From an uncultured Thermoprotei archaeon (GTDB lineage: Archaea; Thermoproteota; Thermoprotei; Thermofilales; B15-G2), in assembly GCA_965367815.1 (NCBI GenBank), contig CBDUKN010000005.1, forward strand, positions 1-64,000: DNA of 64,000 bases, given 5' to 3'. Shown one piece after another: positions 19,601 through 29,102 of this stretch (positions are counted from its first letter, which is position 1; each line of letters opens with the position of its first letter). A program made the position numbers and the translations under genes. The notes under the pieces are model-generated. The model had not been told where the DNA came from. It saw nothing but the letters and a program-made list of their open reading frames with translations, and searched no databases.

Positions 19601-20346
19601 GCATTCATTGCTGCCTGAACAGCTTCTTCGCTGAAACCTAGTAGCATTAGCACTCTGTCGACGTTCTTCGAGCTCTTTATAATCGAGTCAACGTCGTCTG
19701 CAAAAATAAAAGCAAATTTATGGTGCTTAATTATATCAAATCTAGATGAGATAAACTTAGACGTTACTATAAGGATATCGAAGTCTCCTTCCTCTATTCT
19801 AGACACTAGTTCTTTCTTCTTAGCTGTCGATAGAGTTCCGTAAAACGCTATTACTCTAAGCTTCAGTTTTTCCGCGAAAGGCTTGAGTCTCTCATAGACC
19901 TGTTTTACTAAAGGAACTGTGGGCTCTATTATCAGACACTTCTTGTTCTTTGACGCTAAATAAGCGGACATCGTTACTCCGAAAACAGTTTTACCGACAC
20001 CCGTAGGCGCTAGTGCAGTGAAGCTCTTACCCAAAAGAACTCTCTTGACCCAGGTTCTCTGAATACTCCAAAGATGGCTACCTGTAACTTCATGAAATAT
20101 CTTGTCTACTTCCTCCAGCTTTTTGTCTACTTCAACTACTTCCTTATATTTCTTTAAATTGCCTATCTCTTTTAACATCCTATATACTTTCTCCTTTATC
20201 TCAGAAGGAGAGCTTTTTTCAAAATCACTCACTTCTATTGGAAGACAAGCTTCACAGGGTAAGGAGTAAAGCAGTCTTTCATCCTTAATTTCTCCCCCGC
20301 AATTAGGGCATAGATCTGCGTAAACTGTGTGAAAAAGCTTCCTCAT
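16651..20346 (-). CDS. rgy: Reverse gyrase
   Basis: N-terminal CPNC Zn finger, APTGVGKT, DDVD, QASGRTSR helicase part; VESPTKA TOPRIM, TDPDTEGE, SAGRVQ, ITYHRTDS, GIGRPSTY. No intein. Confidence 0.97.
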   Translation of the reverse strand: MRKLFHTVYADLCPNCGGEIKDERLLYSLPCEACLPIEVSDFEKSSPSEIKEKVYRMLKEIGNLKKYKEVVEVDKKLEEVDKIFHEVTGSHLWSIQRTWVKRVLLGKSFTALAPTGVGKTVFGVTMSAYLASKNKKCLIIEPTVPLVKQVYERLKPFAEKLKLRVIAFYGTLSTAKKKELVSRIEEGDFDILIVTSKFISSRFDIIKHHKFAFIFADDVDSIIKSSKNVDRVLMLLGFSEEAVQAAMNAVKLKIRLARLYVYRNREEIEKVLKELEEVEKIIEKEKKKVRGVLVVSTATGRPRGLRVKLFRELLSFDIGSRSETLRNIQDIYVFPENSVEKKVLEIVKKFGKGGLVYVPVDKGIEYAEKLAEYLSENGIKAAAAHAKARGALEKFMKGELDVLVGVATYYGILVRGLDLPEIIRYAVFAGVPRFKFSSMLEEVSAIGILRLLAYLRDAVEEKERQEVEALLARLRRRLQTSSIAALTQLQKALSGEKPVETFLEKEFMKALEYTKSLLSRPDVVERLKESGEVVFIEENGRKYVLIPDIMTYLQASGRTSRLFVGGLTKGASIVVVDYKPLLNGLIKRSRWIAETTWASLDEIDVDELIEEIDKDRLQVKLIREGKIRGELKDLSKTALLVVESPTKAKTIANFFGRPSARVYKGLKVYEVSTGPWTLMIASSMGHVFDLLSIPEAVLGDRYHFHGILIEEVNGEKFFYPYYATLKKCTKCGFQFVDPRKDARCPHCGGEALDKITIVNILRDIAREVDLVLVGTDPDTEGEKIAWDLSAVLAPYAKVVKRIEFHEVTRRAIEEAIKNPRDLNIHLVRAQLVRRIEDRWIGYELSPKLWEHFKLKWLSAGRVQTPVLGWIKERTEEHNKSYTRVYAITLENGLRLEFAKNEILVRVEQLKKEKASIEEIEVSEVELQPPPPFTTDSLITEASRQLGFTAPQTMQLAQELFESGLITYHRTDSTRVSAVGQAIAKEYLVEEFGERGGKLYKPRTWGKAGAHECIRPTRPIDAERLRELLAEEAIFTPIRITRRHLALYNLIFRRFIASQMIPARVVKQKIRVKFAGAQRELERIIEVKEKGFTEILPIYPESRIEPGEYSIVDIKTYSKYLVPLYTQGDIVRLMKERGIGRPSTYAKIVQTLVERKYVKSMKRGYLIITKLGRDVYDYLMKNYGPLVCEERTRKLEELMDLIEKGEKDYQSVLRELFNEILMISGRDISKSP

Positions 20347-20448
20347 ATAGCTCACTGGGTCTACGGTAAAAGTGATTTAAAAATCTTTTGCAAAAAACAC
20401 GCGAGGTATGAGAGAAATATTCGACGGGTATTTAAGGTTTTCGTTAAA

Positions 20449-20458
20449 CCTTATAAAA
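20449..20458 (+). promoter_or_regulatory. Putative TATA box for a leaderless transcript starting near 20479
   Basis: CCTTATAAAA about 25 nt upstream of GTG 20479. Confidence 0.4.
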
Positions 20459-20478
20459 TTTTCATGCGAGTAAAAAAT

Positions 20479-22452
20479 GTGAGCTCGGAAGCTAAAACTG
20501 AGGAGAAAAAAGTAGAGTATCAAAAGGGACTAACTCCTTTAGCCCTAGGTCTAGGTATAATTCTGGTAATAATAGGTACATATATAAACACGATGTGCTG
20601 GCTGGGCGCTCGAGTAACATTAGAGCCATGGTTCGCTGGACGAATCGGCTCAGCGCTCTACCCGCCATTTGCCCTAGCGTTCCTCTTGGCCATACTAGCA
20701 TACTTCATGCGAGGTAAACTATCAGCACAAGAAATCGCCATAATATCAGCAATGGTTTTCATAACAATGGACGCTCCATTTGTCATAATGACATTCCTTG
20801 AAATACCAATCGCAGCAACCTATCAAGCCCTGAAGAACCCTCAAGTCGAAGAGCTATGGGAATTAATGCCAGACTACTGGACACCTAAAGACCCAAGCTT
20901 AGTAGAGCCGCTTTATACAGGCGGAGGAGTAAATTTCGGCCCATTAATGCCTTACGTAAGCTTGGCGATATTTACATTACTGCTCTACCTACTACTGGTG
21001 TTCTTCATAGCAACTATTATTAGAGAATATCACATTAAAGTAGAAAAAATACCCTTCCCCAACGTACTACCACTAGTAGAAGTGGTCAAGTACGGAGTAG
21101 TCGAAAAATCACTGTTCCAAGTAAGTAAAATGATACCATTCTACGTAGGCTTCATTATAGGCTTAATTGTAGCTGGAATCTCCGTAATGAACTACATCGC
21201 ACCAATTTTCCCAATCTTCTTCGCCTGGGGCCAGTATTATCTAGGTCCCACCCTCGGAAGCTTTCTGCAAAGTGTATGCCCCTCTATCCAGGGATGGTGG
21301 ATGTTTATTCCCGCTGACGTGGCAGTGTTCTATTTGGCTCCTCTCGATATCTTATTCACTGGAACTCTCTGGACATTCTTATGTGCAATAATCTTACCGA
21401 TAGCCTTCGTATCGGCAGGAATTGTTCCAGCAGGTACAAATATTGGTTCGAGCGGACCATTCCAGTGGAGTAGAATCGCCAGATATAATGTGCCAATAGC
21501 AATAGGTGTCTTCGCAATAATCTTCGGATTAAAGACCTATAAAGAAAGCTTAGTGAAAGCTATCAGAGGAGAAAAACCCGAGCCAGGTGAAATACCGCCG
21601 CTGCTAATGTGGGGCGGCTTTATAGCAGTATTTATTATCTACCTTGCTTTCTGGAGCTACGTTGGTGTTCCAGCAATAGTAGCTTTCGTGGCGCTACTAG
21701 TCTGGATAATAGACAGCATTGGTTCAGCTAAGATTGTAGGAGAGTCAGGTACATGGCCGTCACTAGGTGGCAGCTGGATATACATGCAGTCTATCGCTTA
21801 CCAGACAGGAATGGCTCTAGGAATTTACCCAAGCAACCCATACAAGTCAACAAGTAGCTGGGCTCTAGGCGCCATGGTGTCTTACACACTGCCAGGCCTC
21901 GCGTACCAGTCATCAGGAACAGTATGGGGCTTCCTCTCAAGCTATGCCATAGCAGAACACCTCAAAGTAAGAGGCAAAGACATATTCTTAGCGATGCTCA
22001 TCGCACTTCTAGTAATGACCTTTATAGGTCCATGGGAGGTACTAGGTTACGCAAGCAGTGTAGGAATTAATAAATTGGGCCTAGCTTGGGGTATGGGCGA
22101 CGGCAGATTCGTTACAAGCAAGCAGATGTCCTATGTCCTTAGAGCAGGCTATACAGTCACGGAAGAACATGCAGGATTCCTTGTATTAACGTTCATAATA
22201 GTAGGCGTACTGTGGTTCCTAAGAACTAAGTTCCCATGGTTCATACTGAACCCAGTAGGTCTCTTCTTCTATGACGGAATGTGGCTGATTAACGTAGGTA
22301 TAGCATTTATACTTAAAGTAATCACAATTAAAGTCTTCGGAGCTAGAGCTTATGAGAGAGTAGGAGTGCCTCTAGCAGTAGGATTCGTAACAGGCCTAGG
22401 CCTAGGAGCGTTCCTAGGAATGACAGGATATACACTAATGAAAGCTCCATAA
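20479..22452 (+). CDS. OPT-superfamily-like polytopic membrane transporter, type B (DUF6785/DUF6784-like, from memory)
   Basis: Many TM helices; E.IPFP, YLAPLD, NPVG, K....FG...Y.R.G.P.A.G motifs shared with 46073-48037. Likely start GTG 20479, since the track start overlaps rgy. Confidence 0.65.
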   Translation: MSSEAKTEEKKVEYQKGLTPLALGLGIILVIIGTYINTMCWLGARVTLEPWFAGRIGSALYPPFALAFLLAILAYFMRGKLSAQEIAIISAMVFITMDAPFVIMTFLEIPIAATYQALKNPQVEELWELMPDYWTPKDPSLVEPLYTGGGVNFGPLMPYVSLAIFTLLLYLLLVFFIATIIREYHIKVEKIPFPNVLPLVEVVKYGVVEKSLFQVSKMIPFYVGFIIGLIVAGISVMNYIAPIFPIFFAWGQYYLGPTLGSFLQSVCPSIQGWWMFIPADVAVFYLAPLDILFTGTLWTFLCAIILPIAFVSAGIVPAGTNIGSSGPFQWSRIARYNVPIAIGVFAIIFGLKTYKESLVKAIRGEKPEPGEIPPLLMWGGFIAVFIIYLAFWSYVGVPAIVAFVALLVWIIDSIGSAKIVGESGTWPSLGGSWIYMQSIAYQTGMALGIYPSNPYKSTSSWALGAMVSYTLPGLAYQSSGTVWGFLSSYAIAEHLKVRGKDIFLAMLIALLVMTFIGPWEVLGYASSVGINKLGLAWGMGDGRFVTSKQMSYVLRAGYTVTEEHAGFLVLTFIIVGVLWFLRTKFPWFILNPVGLFFYDGMWLINVGIAFILKVITIKVFGARAYERVGVPLAVGFVTGLGLGAFLGMTGYTLMKAP

Positions 22453-22602
22453 ATTTCTTAAGATTTTTTACATTTATTCAAAATACTATTTTACTTCATC
22501 TCTCGAGAGTAGTTTTCTGAATTTTTCTCTATTCAGGAAATTTTCTTCTTCCAAAGATAATATTTATATTAAAACCTCGGATAAGTATTTCGGTGTCTCT
22601 CT

Positions 22603-25600
22603 ATGTCGAATAAATTAGTATTAATACTAGCTTTGCTGCTAACATTCCCATATATAATCTGTTTTACTGCAACAATGGCTCCTCAAATAACAACAGAAAT
22701 AAGCATTGAGAATATAGCTAAACACATAGAATTCTTCGTGAGCCTGGAGTCGCGATTTGTTGGAACTGAAGGATACTACAAGGCTGCAGAATATATTGAA
22801 AAGTATTTAAGTGGTCTTGGCTTAAAGCCGAAAATACAGGAATTTAAAGTCCTTGTCCCGGTGGAGAGCAACACTCGATTAACTGTAGGCGGCGAGGCAT
22901 ATGAACTATATTCAGTTTACCCGAACTTAGTGGCGCCATCAAAAGCACCGCCTGAAGGAATCACAGGCAAGTTAGTTTATGTAGGCAGGGGCTCACTCGA
23001 AGAAATGAGCGGAAAAGATATCTTTGGATCAATAGTTCTCATAGATATTGATGGATGTGACAAGTGGATTAATGCAATGAAGCTAGGTGCTAAAGCTATA
23101 ATTATTCTCGAGACAAAAGAAGTAGATAGACTACGACTAGAAAGAAGTCTGACTATAGGTGCTCCAATACCTTTTCCAAGATTCTACGCTAAAGGTGATG
23201 TAGCGCTTAAGTTAATAGAGCTAGCTAAGAAAGGAGTTACAGCAACAATTTATGGAGGTCATATATGGAAAGAAGTAAAGGGAATAAACATTATTGCCAC
23301 AGTTGAGGGAAGCGAATACACCAATAAAGTAATTTACCTGCTAGCACACTATGACTCATTTTCGTATGTTCCAGCACTAAGCCCTGGAGCAGACGAAGCA
23401 TGCGGAATAGCTACTCTCCTTGAGCTAGCTCGAATAATAAAAGAGCTTAAACCTAAATTCACAGTATGTATAGTCGCTATAGGAAGCCACTGGCAAGGGC
23501 TAGCTGGAGCAAGATACTTTGTAGAAGAATACTTGTTCAGCGAAGAAGTAGGCACTAAAATACAGCCTTACTTAGCTATAGGCTTAGACCTATCAACTAG
23601 CACTAATAAAGTATGTTTCGCGGTCACAGGCTACATGTACGCTATGGCTCATTCAAATCTTTACGATAGACTCCTCACATCAATATTTATGTTCTCCAGA
23701 GAAGTCTTAAACGAATTCCAGCAAGAATACAGTGATGTATACTCAAGAATAGAAAGCAATGAGCTCAAAAACTTACTAGGACTTACTGCAAGTAATTGGG
23801 GCTCTGGATATGTAATGCCTTATATTCTTGACACAGAACCATTTAATGTTGCAGGACTCCCTGCTTTTACTTTTTTGACTCTTTATGACATGAGAGGCTT
23901 CTGGTTGACGCCGTTTGATACCTTCGACAAAGTAAACTTAAATAATTTAAGAGATCAAGTGATTTTTATAAGCTACTATTTAAAGAAGCTAGTAACAGAG
24001 GCCACTCCAGACAATATATATAGAGGCTCTTGGAGTGATATAAAGCCTTCTAGATTAAAACTAATAGCGACGGGAGCAAACTTCGGCTATGATAGACTGA
24101 TAGTAGAAGTAGTTAGATACGACCCGACAACACCAAAGCTCTATAGACCAGTGCCAAATGCTATTGTTGTAGTATCAAAGAGAACAGGCTGGTACTCTAT
24201 CGCTGCAGCATACAATAGATACAATATGTTTGCTTGGATTTTAGCGAGAGCTGACGAAAATGGAACGGCTCTCATAGTAGGTGCTCCTTCAACCCACGCA
24301 GCATGCGGCAACGTATATGTGGAGGCCTATGTAGTAAGCGACGAGACAGGAAGACTAACATATGCTCCTGACGAAGGAAGTTACGGGACGAGTGTATACC
24401 CGCATGTAATAGAAGTAAAAGAAGATCTGCAGAGGAGTAGAACAGTGGTTTTTGAGTGCTCTACTCTAGTAGTATCTGATGTAATATATCCGTATACTTT
24501 GCAGAAAAACATTTATTTGTCACCATTTAAGTCGCCCACTAATCCGATACCTTATGCATCGTACGACACCCAGGTCTCAGCAGAAGTTCTTCAAGCAGAA
24601 GCCTTCAATCCGCTAATGTCTTATGGCTGGACGTATGACCCATTAACTTCTACTTTATTAGTATTTGCTCCACCCAACATACGCTTCGTAACTATCATTA
24701 AGTTCACGGGCCAAGCCTTCATAGGAGCAATAGTCTGTAACTCTACTCCAGAAGAACCTTTAGGTAAAGGCTACAGCTTCAATAAAATAGGAGAAGTAAA
24801 GTACATTACTATAGCTCCTCACCTCTACACCAAAGAGTTACTCTCAATTACCCAGCCAAGATATCATATAGCTTCTGTCTACAAGATACTTGATCCAGCG
24901 CTAACTAACTACTTTACTTTAGCTAATTCATTCCTAGCCGAAAGTGAGGCGAGCATTAAGAGCAAAGAGTATGCTAAGGCATACTATCAGTCGCTACTAG
25001 CATGGGGCTACGCGCTAAAAGCCTATGAGCGATCAAGAGACGTATACCTTGACGCTGCTTTCAGCATAACATTCGCTCTCCTAATAATTCTACCCTCAAT
25101 AGTGCTCATGGAGAAGCTCATAGGCAAAATGAAGGGCTTCAGCAGAATAACAATACTTGTGGCGATAGGTATCATATTCTTCACTATTCTATGGGCTCTA
25201 CACCCCGGTTTCAGCATTATAGGAAGTGTTCCTGCTCTGATCACGGGAACAGTAGTACTAGTACTCGTCGCACCAGTACTAGTACTAGTTATTTCCCAAG
25301 CGTCCTTCGGAGTAAGCGAAATTAGAAAGAGTCAGATAGGACTCCACTTCCTAGAGCGCTCGAGACTAGAGATGATTGTCTCAGCCTTATTAATAGGCAT
25401 TGAGCATATGAAGAGAAGAAAGCTGAGAACTTTGCTAACACTATTCACAGTCATAGCTGTTACATTCTCGCTAGTATCGCTAACTTCAGTTACTCCTGTG
25501 GTCGTACTCAAAGGAAACGTCCGTCCAGGAAAGCCACTATACAAAGGTATTCTAATAGAGTCAGTAGGATTCACTCCAATAGAAGAAAATGTTATCTACA

Positions 25601-27081
25601 TAGCTAAAGAGCTATTCCCCAACGCAATTGTATGCGAGAGAGTATGGGTATACCCCGAGCTAGGACAGAGAGAAGTTTCTCAAAGTACATTCTCGCTCTT
25701 CGCTAAAAACCAGACAATGTATCTGAGAGCAATAGTTGGAGTATCAGTCAACGAAAAGTATGCTCTAGGAGACTTCCTACTAACGAAAGCTTGGCTCGGA
25801 GGAAGCTGGTTTGACAGCGACTACGAGTACGCGTGTATCGTACCCAAGAGTGTAGCCAGCGCACTAGGACTGCACATTGGAGACACAGTCTGGCTAAACG
25901 GTATAAGATTCATTGTGAAAGGAATATTCGACGATATAGCTTTAAGCGAAGGCTTAATAGACTTAGACGGCTACTGCTCACTCCAGCCAATTTTCAGAGA
26001 AGAGCTGACAGTACTACAGGTATTCGACCCTGAAGTGAGAGTAAAGTGGAGCTCTCTTGTCTTGATACCTGTAGGCATAGCTAAAGCCATGCCAGGATCC
26101 TACCTAGCCTCAGTAGCAGTAGTTACCTCTGCACCTGACTCTGAGATAGTAAAGAAGGCTGAAATGATGTATTCCTGCATGGACGGACTAATAGTCCACG
26201 CAGGACTCTCGGATAGGGTACAAGTATACGCTAAAGCCTACGTGCAAGTAGTAAGCGGCTTCTCGATGGTTATTCCACTAATAGTCATTGGAGGCCTAGT
26301 AATTCTGACAACAATCCTTGGAAACACTTACGAGAGAATGAAAGAAGCAGGAATACTCAGCGCTCTAGGTCTATCGCCAATACATGTTTCAGGAATGTTC
26401 TTCGCAGAAAACGTCGTATATGCTCTCGTAGGAGCATCGATAGGATACGCTCTAGGACTAATAGGCGCTAGATTCTTCGCGGCATACCACATTCTGCCAG
26501 AGTACGTCGGAGTAAACTACACTTCAACAAGCGTGATCTTCTCGATAGGCATGGTTATAATCATGGTTCTATCGGCTTCACTCTATCCATTCTATAAGGT
26601 GTCCAAGCTAGTTACACCAAGCCTAGAGAGACGCTGGAAGCCTCCGACAAAGCCTAAAGGAGATGAGTGGGAAATACCACTACCATTCACTTACTTAGAC
26701 TTCAATGAAGTACTGGGTCTAGTCTACTACCTCTCAGAAATATACAGAGAGCACACCATTGAGAGAGCAGGAGCATATACTGTAGTGAAGCACAGAATGT
26801 TTAAGGAGCAGGAGAAAGCCGGAATAGAGTCGATAATATGGCTGCCGCCCTACGAGCTGAACATTAGGCAGAAATCGCTACTAGTACTATATAGAAGCAA
26901 GACTGAAGGAAAGTACGTGACCACATTAGTCTTAAAGAGACTGAGCGGACCTTACGTAAACTGGGTCAACTCCAACCTAGGCTATATAGACGAGCTACGC
27001 AAGCAGTTCTTGACATGGCGTCTCCTAAGGCCTGAGGAGAGGCGCAAGTATATAGAGAAGGCTTTATCTACTCTGAGGTGA
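22603..27081 (+). CDS. PA/M28-peptidase-like ectodomain fused to MacB/FtsX-type permease (1492 aa)
   Basis: Signal/TM; SR..GTEG, PA insert (YVGRG...GAKA), AHYDS, PGADE; TM bundle; RRKLRTLLT; MacB-like extracellular domain; YERMKEAGILSALG coupling helix; VTPSLERRWK. Confidence 0.8.
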   Translation: MSNKLVLILALLLTFPYIICFTATMAPQITTEISIENIAKHIEFFVSLESRFVGTEGYYKAAEYIEKYLSGLGLKPKIQEFKVLVPVESNTRLTVGGEAYELYSVYPNLVAPSKAPPEGITGKLVYVGRGSLEEMSGKDIFGSIVLIDIDGCDKWINAMKLGAKAIIILETKEVDRLRLERSLTIGAPIPFPRFYAKGDVALKLIELAKKGVTATIYGGHIWKEVKGINIIATVEGSEYTNKVIYLLAHYDSFSYVPALSPGADEACGIATLLELARIIKELKPKFTVCIVAIGSHWQGLAGARYFVEEYLFSEEVGTKIQPYLAIGLDLSTSTNKVCFAVTGYMYAMAHSNLYDRLLTSIFMFSREVLNEFQQEYSDVYSRIESNELKNLLGLTASNWGSGYVMPYILDTEPFNVAGLPAFTFLTLYDMRGFWLTPFDTFDKVNLNNLRDQVIFISYYLKKLVTEATPDNIYRGSWSDIKPSRLKLIATGANFGYDRLIVEVVRYDPTTPKLYRPVPNAIVVVSKRTGWYSIAAAYNRYNMFAWILARADENGTALIVGAPSTHAACGNVYVEAYVVSDETGRLTYAPDEGSYGTSVYPHVIEVKEDLQRSRTVVFECSTLVVSDVIYPYTLQKNIYLSPFKSPTNPIPYASYDTQVSAEVLQAEAFNPLMSYGWTYDPLTSTLLVFAPPNIRFVTIIKFTGQAFIGAIVCNSTPEEPLGKGYSFNKIGEVKYITIAPHLYTKELLSITQPRYHIASVYKILDPALTNYFTLANSFLAESEASIKSKEYAKAYYQSLLAWGYALKAYERSRDVYLDAAFSITFALLIILPSIVLMEKLIGKMKGFSRITILVAIGIIFFTILWALHPGFSIIGSVPALITGTVVLVLVAPVLVLVISQASFGVSEIRKSQIGLHFLERSRLEMIVSALLIGIEHMKRRKLRTLLTLFTVIAVTFSLVSLTSVTPVVVLKGNVRPGKPLYKGILIESVGFTPIEENVIYIAKELFPNAIVCERVWVYPELGQREVSQSTFSLFAKNQTMYLRAIVGVSVNEKYALGDFLLTKAWLGGSWFDSDYEYACIVPKSVASALGLHIGDTVWLNGIRFIVKGIFDDIALSEGLIDLDGYCSLQPIFREELTVLQVFDPEVRVKWSSLVLIPVGIAKAMPGSYLASVAVVTSAPDSEIVKKAEMMYSCMDGLIVHAGLSDRVQVYAKAYVQVVSGFSMVIPLIVIGGLVILTTILGNTYERMKEAGILSALGLSPIHVSGMFFAENVVYALVGASIGYALGLIGARFFAAYHILPEYVGVNYTSTSVIFSIGMVIIMVLSASLYPFYKVSKLVTPSLERRWKPPTKPKGDEWEIPLPFTYLDFNEVLGLVYYLSEIYREHTIERAGAYTVVKHRMFKEQEKAGIESIIWLPPYELNIRQKSLLVLYRSKTEGKYVTTLVLKRLSGPYVNWVNSNLGYIDELRKQFLTWRLLRPEERRKYIEKALSTLR

Positions 27082-27086
27082 GGAGA

Positions 27087-28994
27087 ATGGCCGAGGCCGG
27101 CGGAAAAGAAATAGAAGAATTTAAGCCCGGCCTAACGCCAGTATCGCTCTTCGCCATACTCTACGCAACAGTTGTAATGACTCCAGTAGTCATCTTCTTG
27201 CAGATAGTAGCCGGTGTCAGCGACGTAGTGAGATTCATACCTGTTTTCATAACTCTACTTCTATTTACTGAGGTAGGACGATTCGCCTACCGATATGTCA
27301 CAAGCCAGGAAGCCTTCATTATATACTTCATGGCCGAAATGGTAGCATTCGACGCGCCCTACTTTGGCGGATTAATATACAATCTGTATTTGAGAGAAGC
27401 ACCCTACACTAAGCTATTCGGGCTGGCCGACAAGATACCTACATGGGCTGCTCCACCGCTGACAAGCTACGGAGCAGTATTCAGAACATTTATTGCTCTT
27501 GAGTGGGCCATGCCTATAGCAGTATCACTAATAGGCTTTGCCGCAGGAACGCTTATAGACTTCGCGTTATCATTCATACTTATTCAGCTGTTCATCGAAA
27601 TAGAGAACTTGCCATACCCAGTAGCTCCAATCGACGCTCAGGCAATAACGACACTAACAGAGAGAACACCTGAGAAAATAACTTGGTTCTCGGTAGCAGC
27701 AGTTATTGGATTTATCTACGAATTCATACTGTACGGAATACCCAGCATAACTGAAACATTTCTCAAGACGAAGATATACTTCATACCCTACCCCTGGATA
27801 GACCTAACGTACCTCATAGAGAAAGTACTGCCAGGAGCAATGTTCGGCTTAGCTACAGACATTTCAATGTTCGTAGTAGGCTGGGTAGTGCCATTCGACG
27901 CCGCTATGTGGATTTTCATCGGAAGCTTAACAACCTTCGTTATAGGAAACTTCCTGGCACTAAAGCTACCGCTACCAGCTTTCGCTGAGTGGCAGAGAGA
28001 GTGGACACCAGGGCTAAGCATAAGCTGGCTATGGCAGAGAAGCATGTACAATATATGGGCTAGCCCGCTCATAGGACTCTCGCTAGGCGCATCGCTGTAT
28101 ATCTTCGCAAGATCGCTCAAGTACATGGGTAAAGCTCTCGAAAGCTTAAGGAGACTAACAGAGGTTTCTAGAGCCAAAGGATACCTTTCACTGAAGTACG
28201 TTTTAGCGATGTGGATCACAGGTATAGTTTTAGGAATAGCGATAGACTGTCTGCTAGTGCCGCAGATATGGTACGTATGGGTCTTCATATGGGCAGTAGT
28301 ACCATTCCTCCAGGCAATACTAGTAGGAAGAATGGTTGCTGAAATAGGAATAGGTACAGGTATCCCTTATATACGTGAAGCACTTCTGCTGGCTACAACA
28401 CCTCCAGGTTTCGTAGACCCCTGGATGGCTCCATGTAAGACAACTACAGCGGCTGGTATAATAGCACACAGGATTAAAGTAGCTCTGCTAACTAAGACAA
28501 AGCCTATTGACTACTACAAGGCATCAGTAATAGCCATACCGATAATAATCTTCGCGAGCTTCGTGTTCTGGAGCTTATTCTGGTCAATGGCTCCTATACC
28601 TTCAGCAATGTATCCGTGGACAGCTATTTCATGGCCAGTGCAGTCTCTAAACTTCGCTCTCTGGGTCTCGAGATCATTTCAGATATTCAAGCCTGACCAG
28701 ATACTTGGAGCAACAGTACTGATATTCGTTGTAAGCGCTATTGCAGAGAAATTCAAGCTGCCGTTCAACTACTTAGGCTTCGTAGCTGGCGCAGGCATGG
28801 TCCCGCCATTCGCTCTAAACTACTTCCTTGGAGCACTTGTAGGGAGATACATTGAGAAGAAAGTAGGTAAAGAGCGCTGGGAAGTACTGAGATCAGTAAT
28901 AATAGCTGGACTGTTCTGTGGTACAGGACTAGCAGTAGGTCTCTCAGTAGCAATACTGCTCATAGGCAGAAGCATTTGGGGAGCGCCCTACTAA
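27087..28994 (+). CDS. OPT-superfamily-like polytopic membrane transporter, type A
   Basis: GLTP, T.QEAF.I, IENLPYPVA, LPGAMFG, C-terminal SIWGAPY; homologous to 44250-46091. Confidence 0.7.
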   Translation: MAEAGGKEIEEFKPGLTPVSLFAILYATVVMTPVVIFLQIVAGVSDVVRFIPVFITLLLFTEVGRFAYRYVTSQEAFIIYFMAEMVAFDAPYFGGLIYNLYLREAPYTKLFGLADKIPTWAAPPLTSYGAVFRTFIALEWAMPIAVSLIGFAAGTLIDFALSFILIQLFIEIENLPYPVAPIDAQAITTLTERTPEKITWFSVAAVIGFIYEFILYGIPSITETFLKTKIYFIPYPWIDLTYLIEKVLPGAMFGLATDISMFVVGWVVPFDAAMWIFIGSLTTFVIGNFLALKLPLPAFAEWQREWTPGLSISWLWQRSMYNIWASPLIGLSLGASLYIFARSLKYMGKALESLRRLTEVSRAKGYLSLKYVLAMWITGIVLGIAIDCLLVPQIWYVWVFIWAVVPFLQAILVGRMVAEIGIGTGIPYIREALLLATTPPGFVDPWMAPCKTTTAAGIIAHRIKVALLTKTKPIDYYKASVIAIPIIIFASFVFWSLFWSMAPIPSAMYPWTAISWPVQSLNFALWVSRSFQIFKPDQILGATVLIFVVSAIAEKFKLPFNYLGFVAGAGMVPPFALNYFLGALVGRYIEKKVGKERWEVLRSVIIAGLFCGTGLAVGLSVAILLIGRSIWGAPY

Positions 28995-29102
28995 AATATT
29001 TAGAGAATATTTTAGCATTTCACTTTTCTTTATTTTGATTTAATATTTACTTGATATGATTAGCGTAACGCATATTAGTTCTCTCAGATAGGTAGAGGGG
29101 GA

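Noticed and set aside
16651-20355. Intein in reverse gyrase
   Set aside because: Length is normal (~1230 aa) and there are no intein or LAGLIDADG motifs.
20329-20478. N-terminal extension of the type B transporter given in the ORF track
   Set aside because: It overlaps the rgy start and the divergent promoter region; a TATA box points to GTG 20479.
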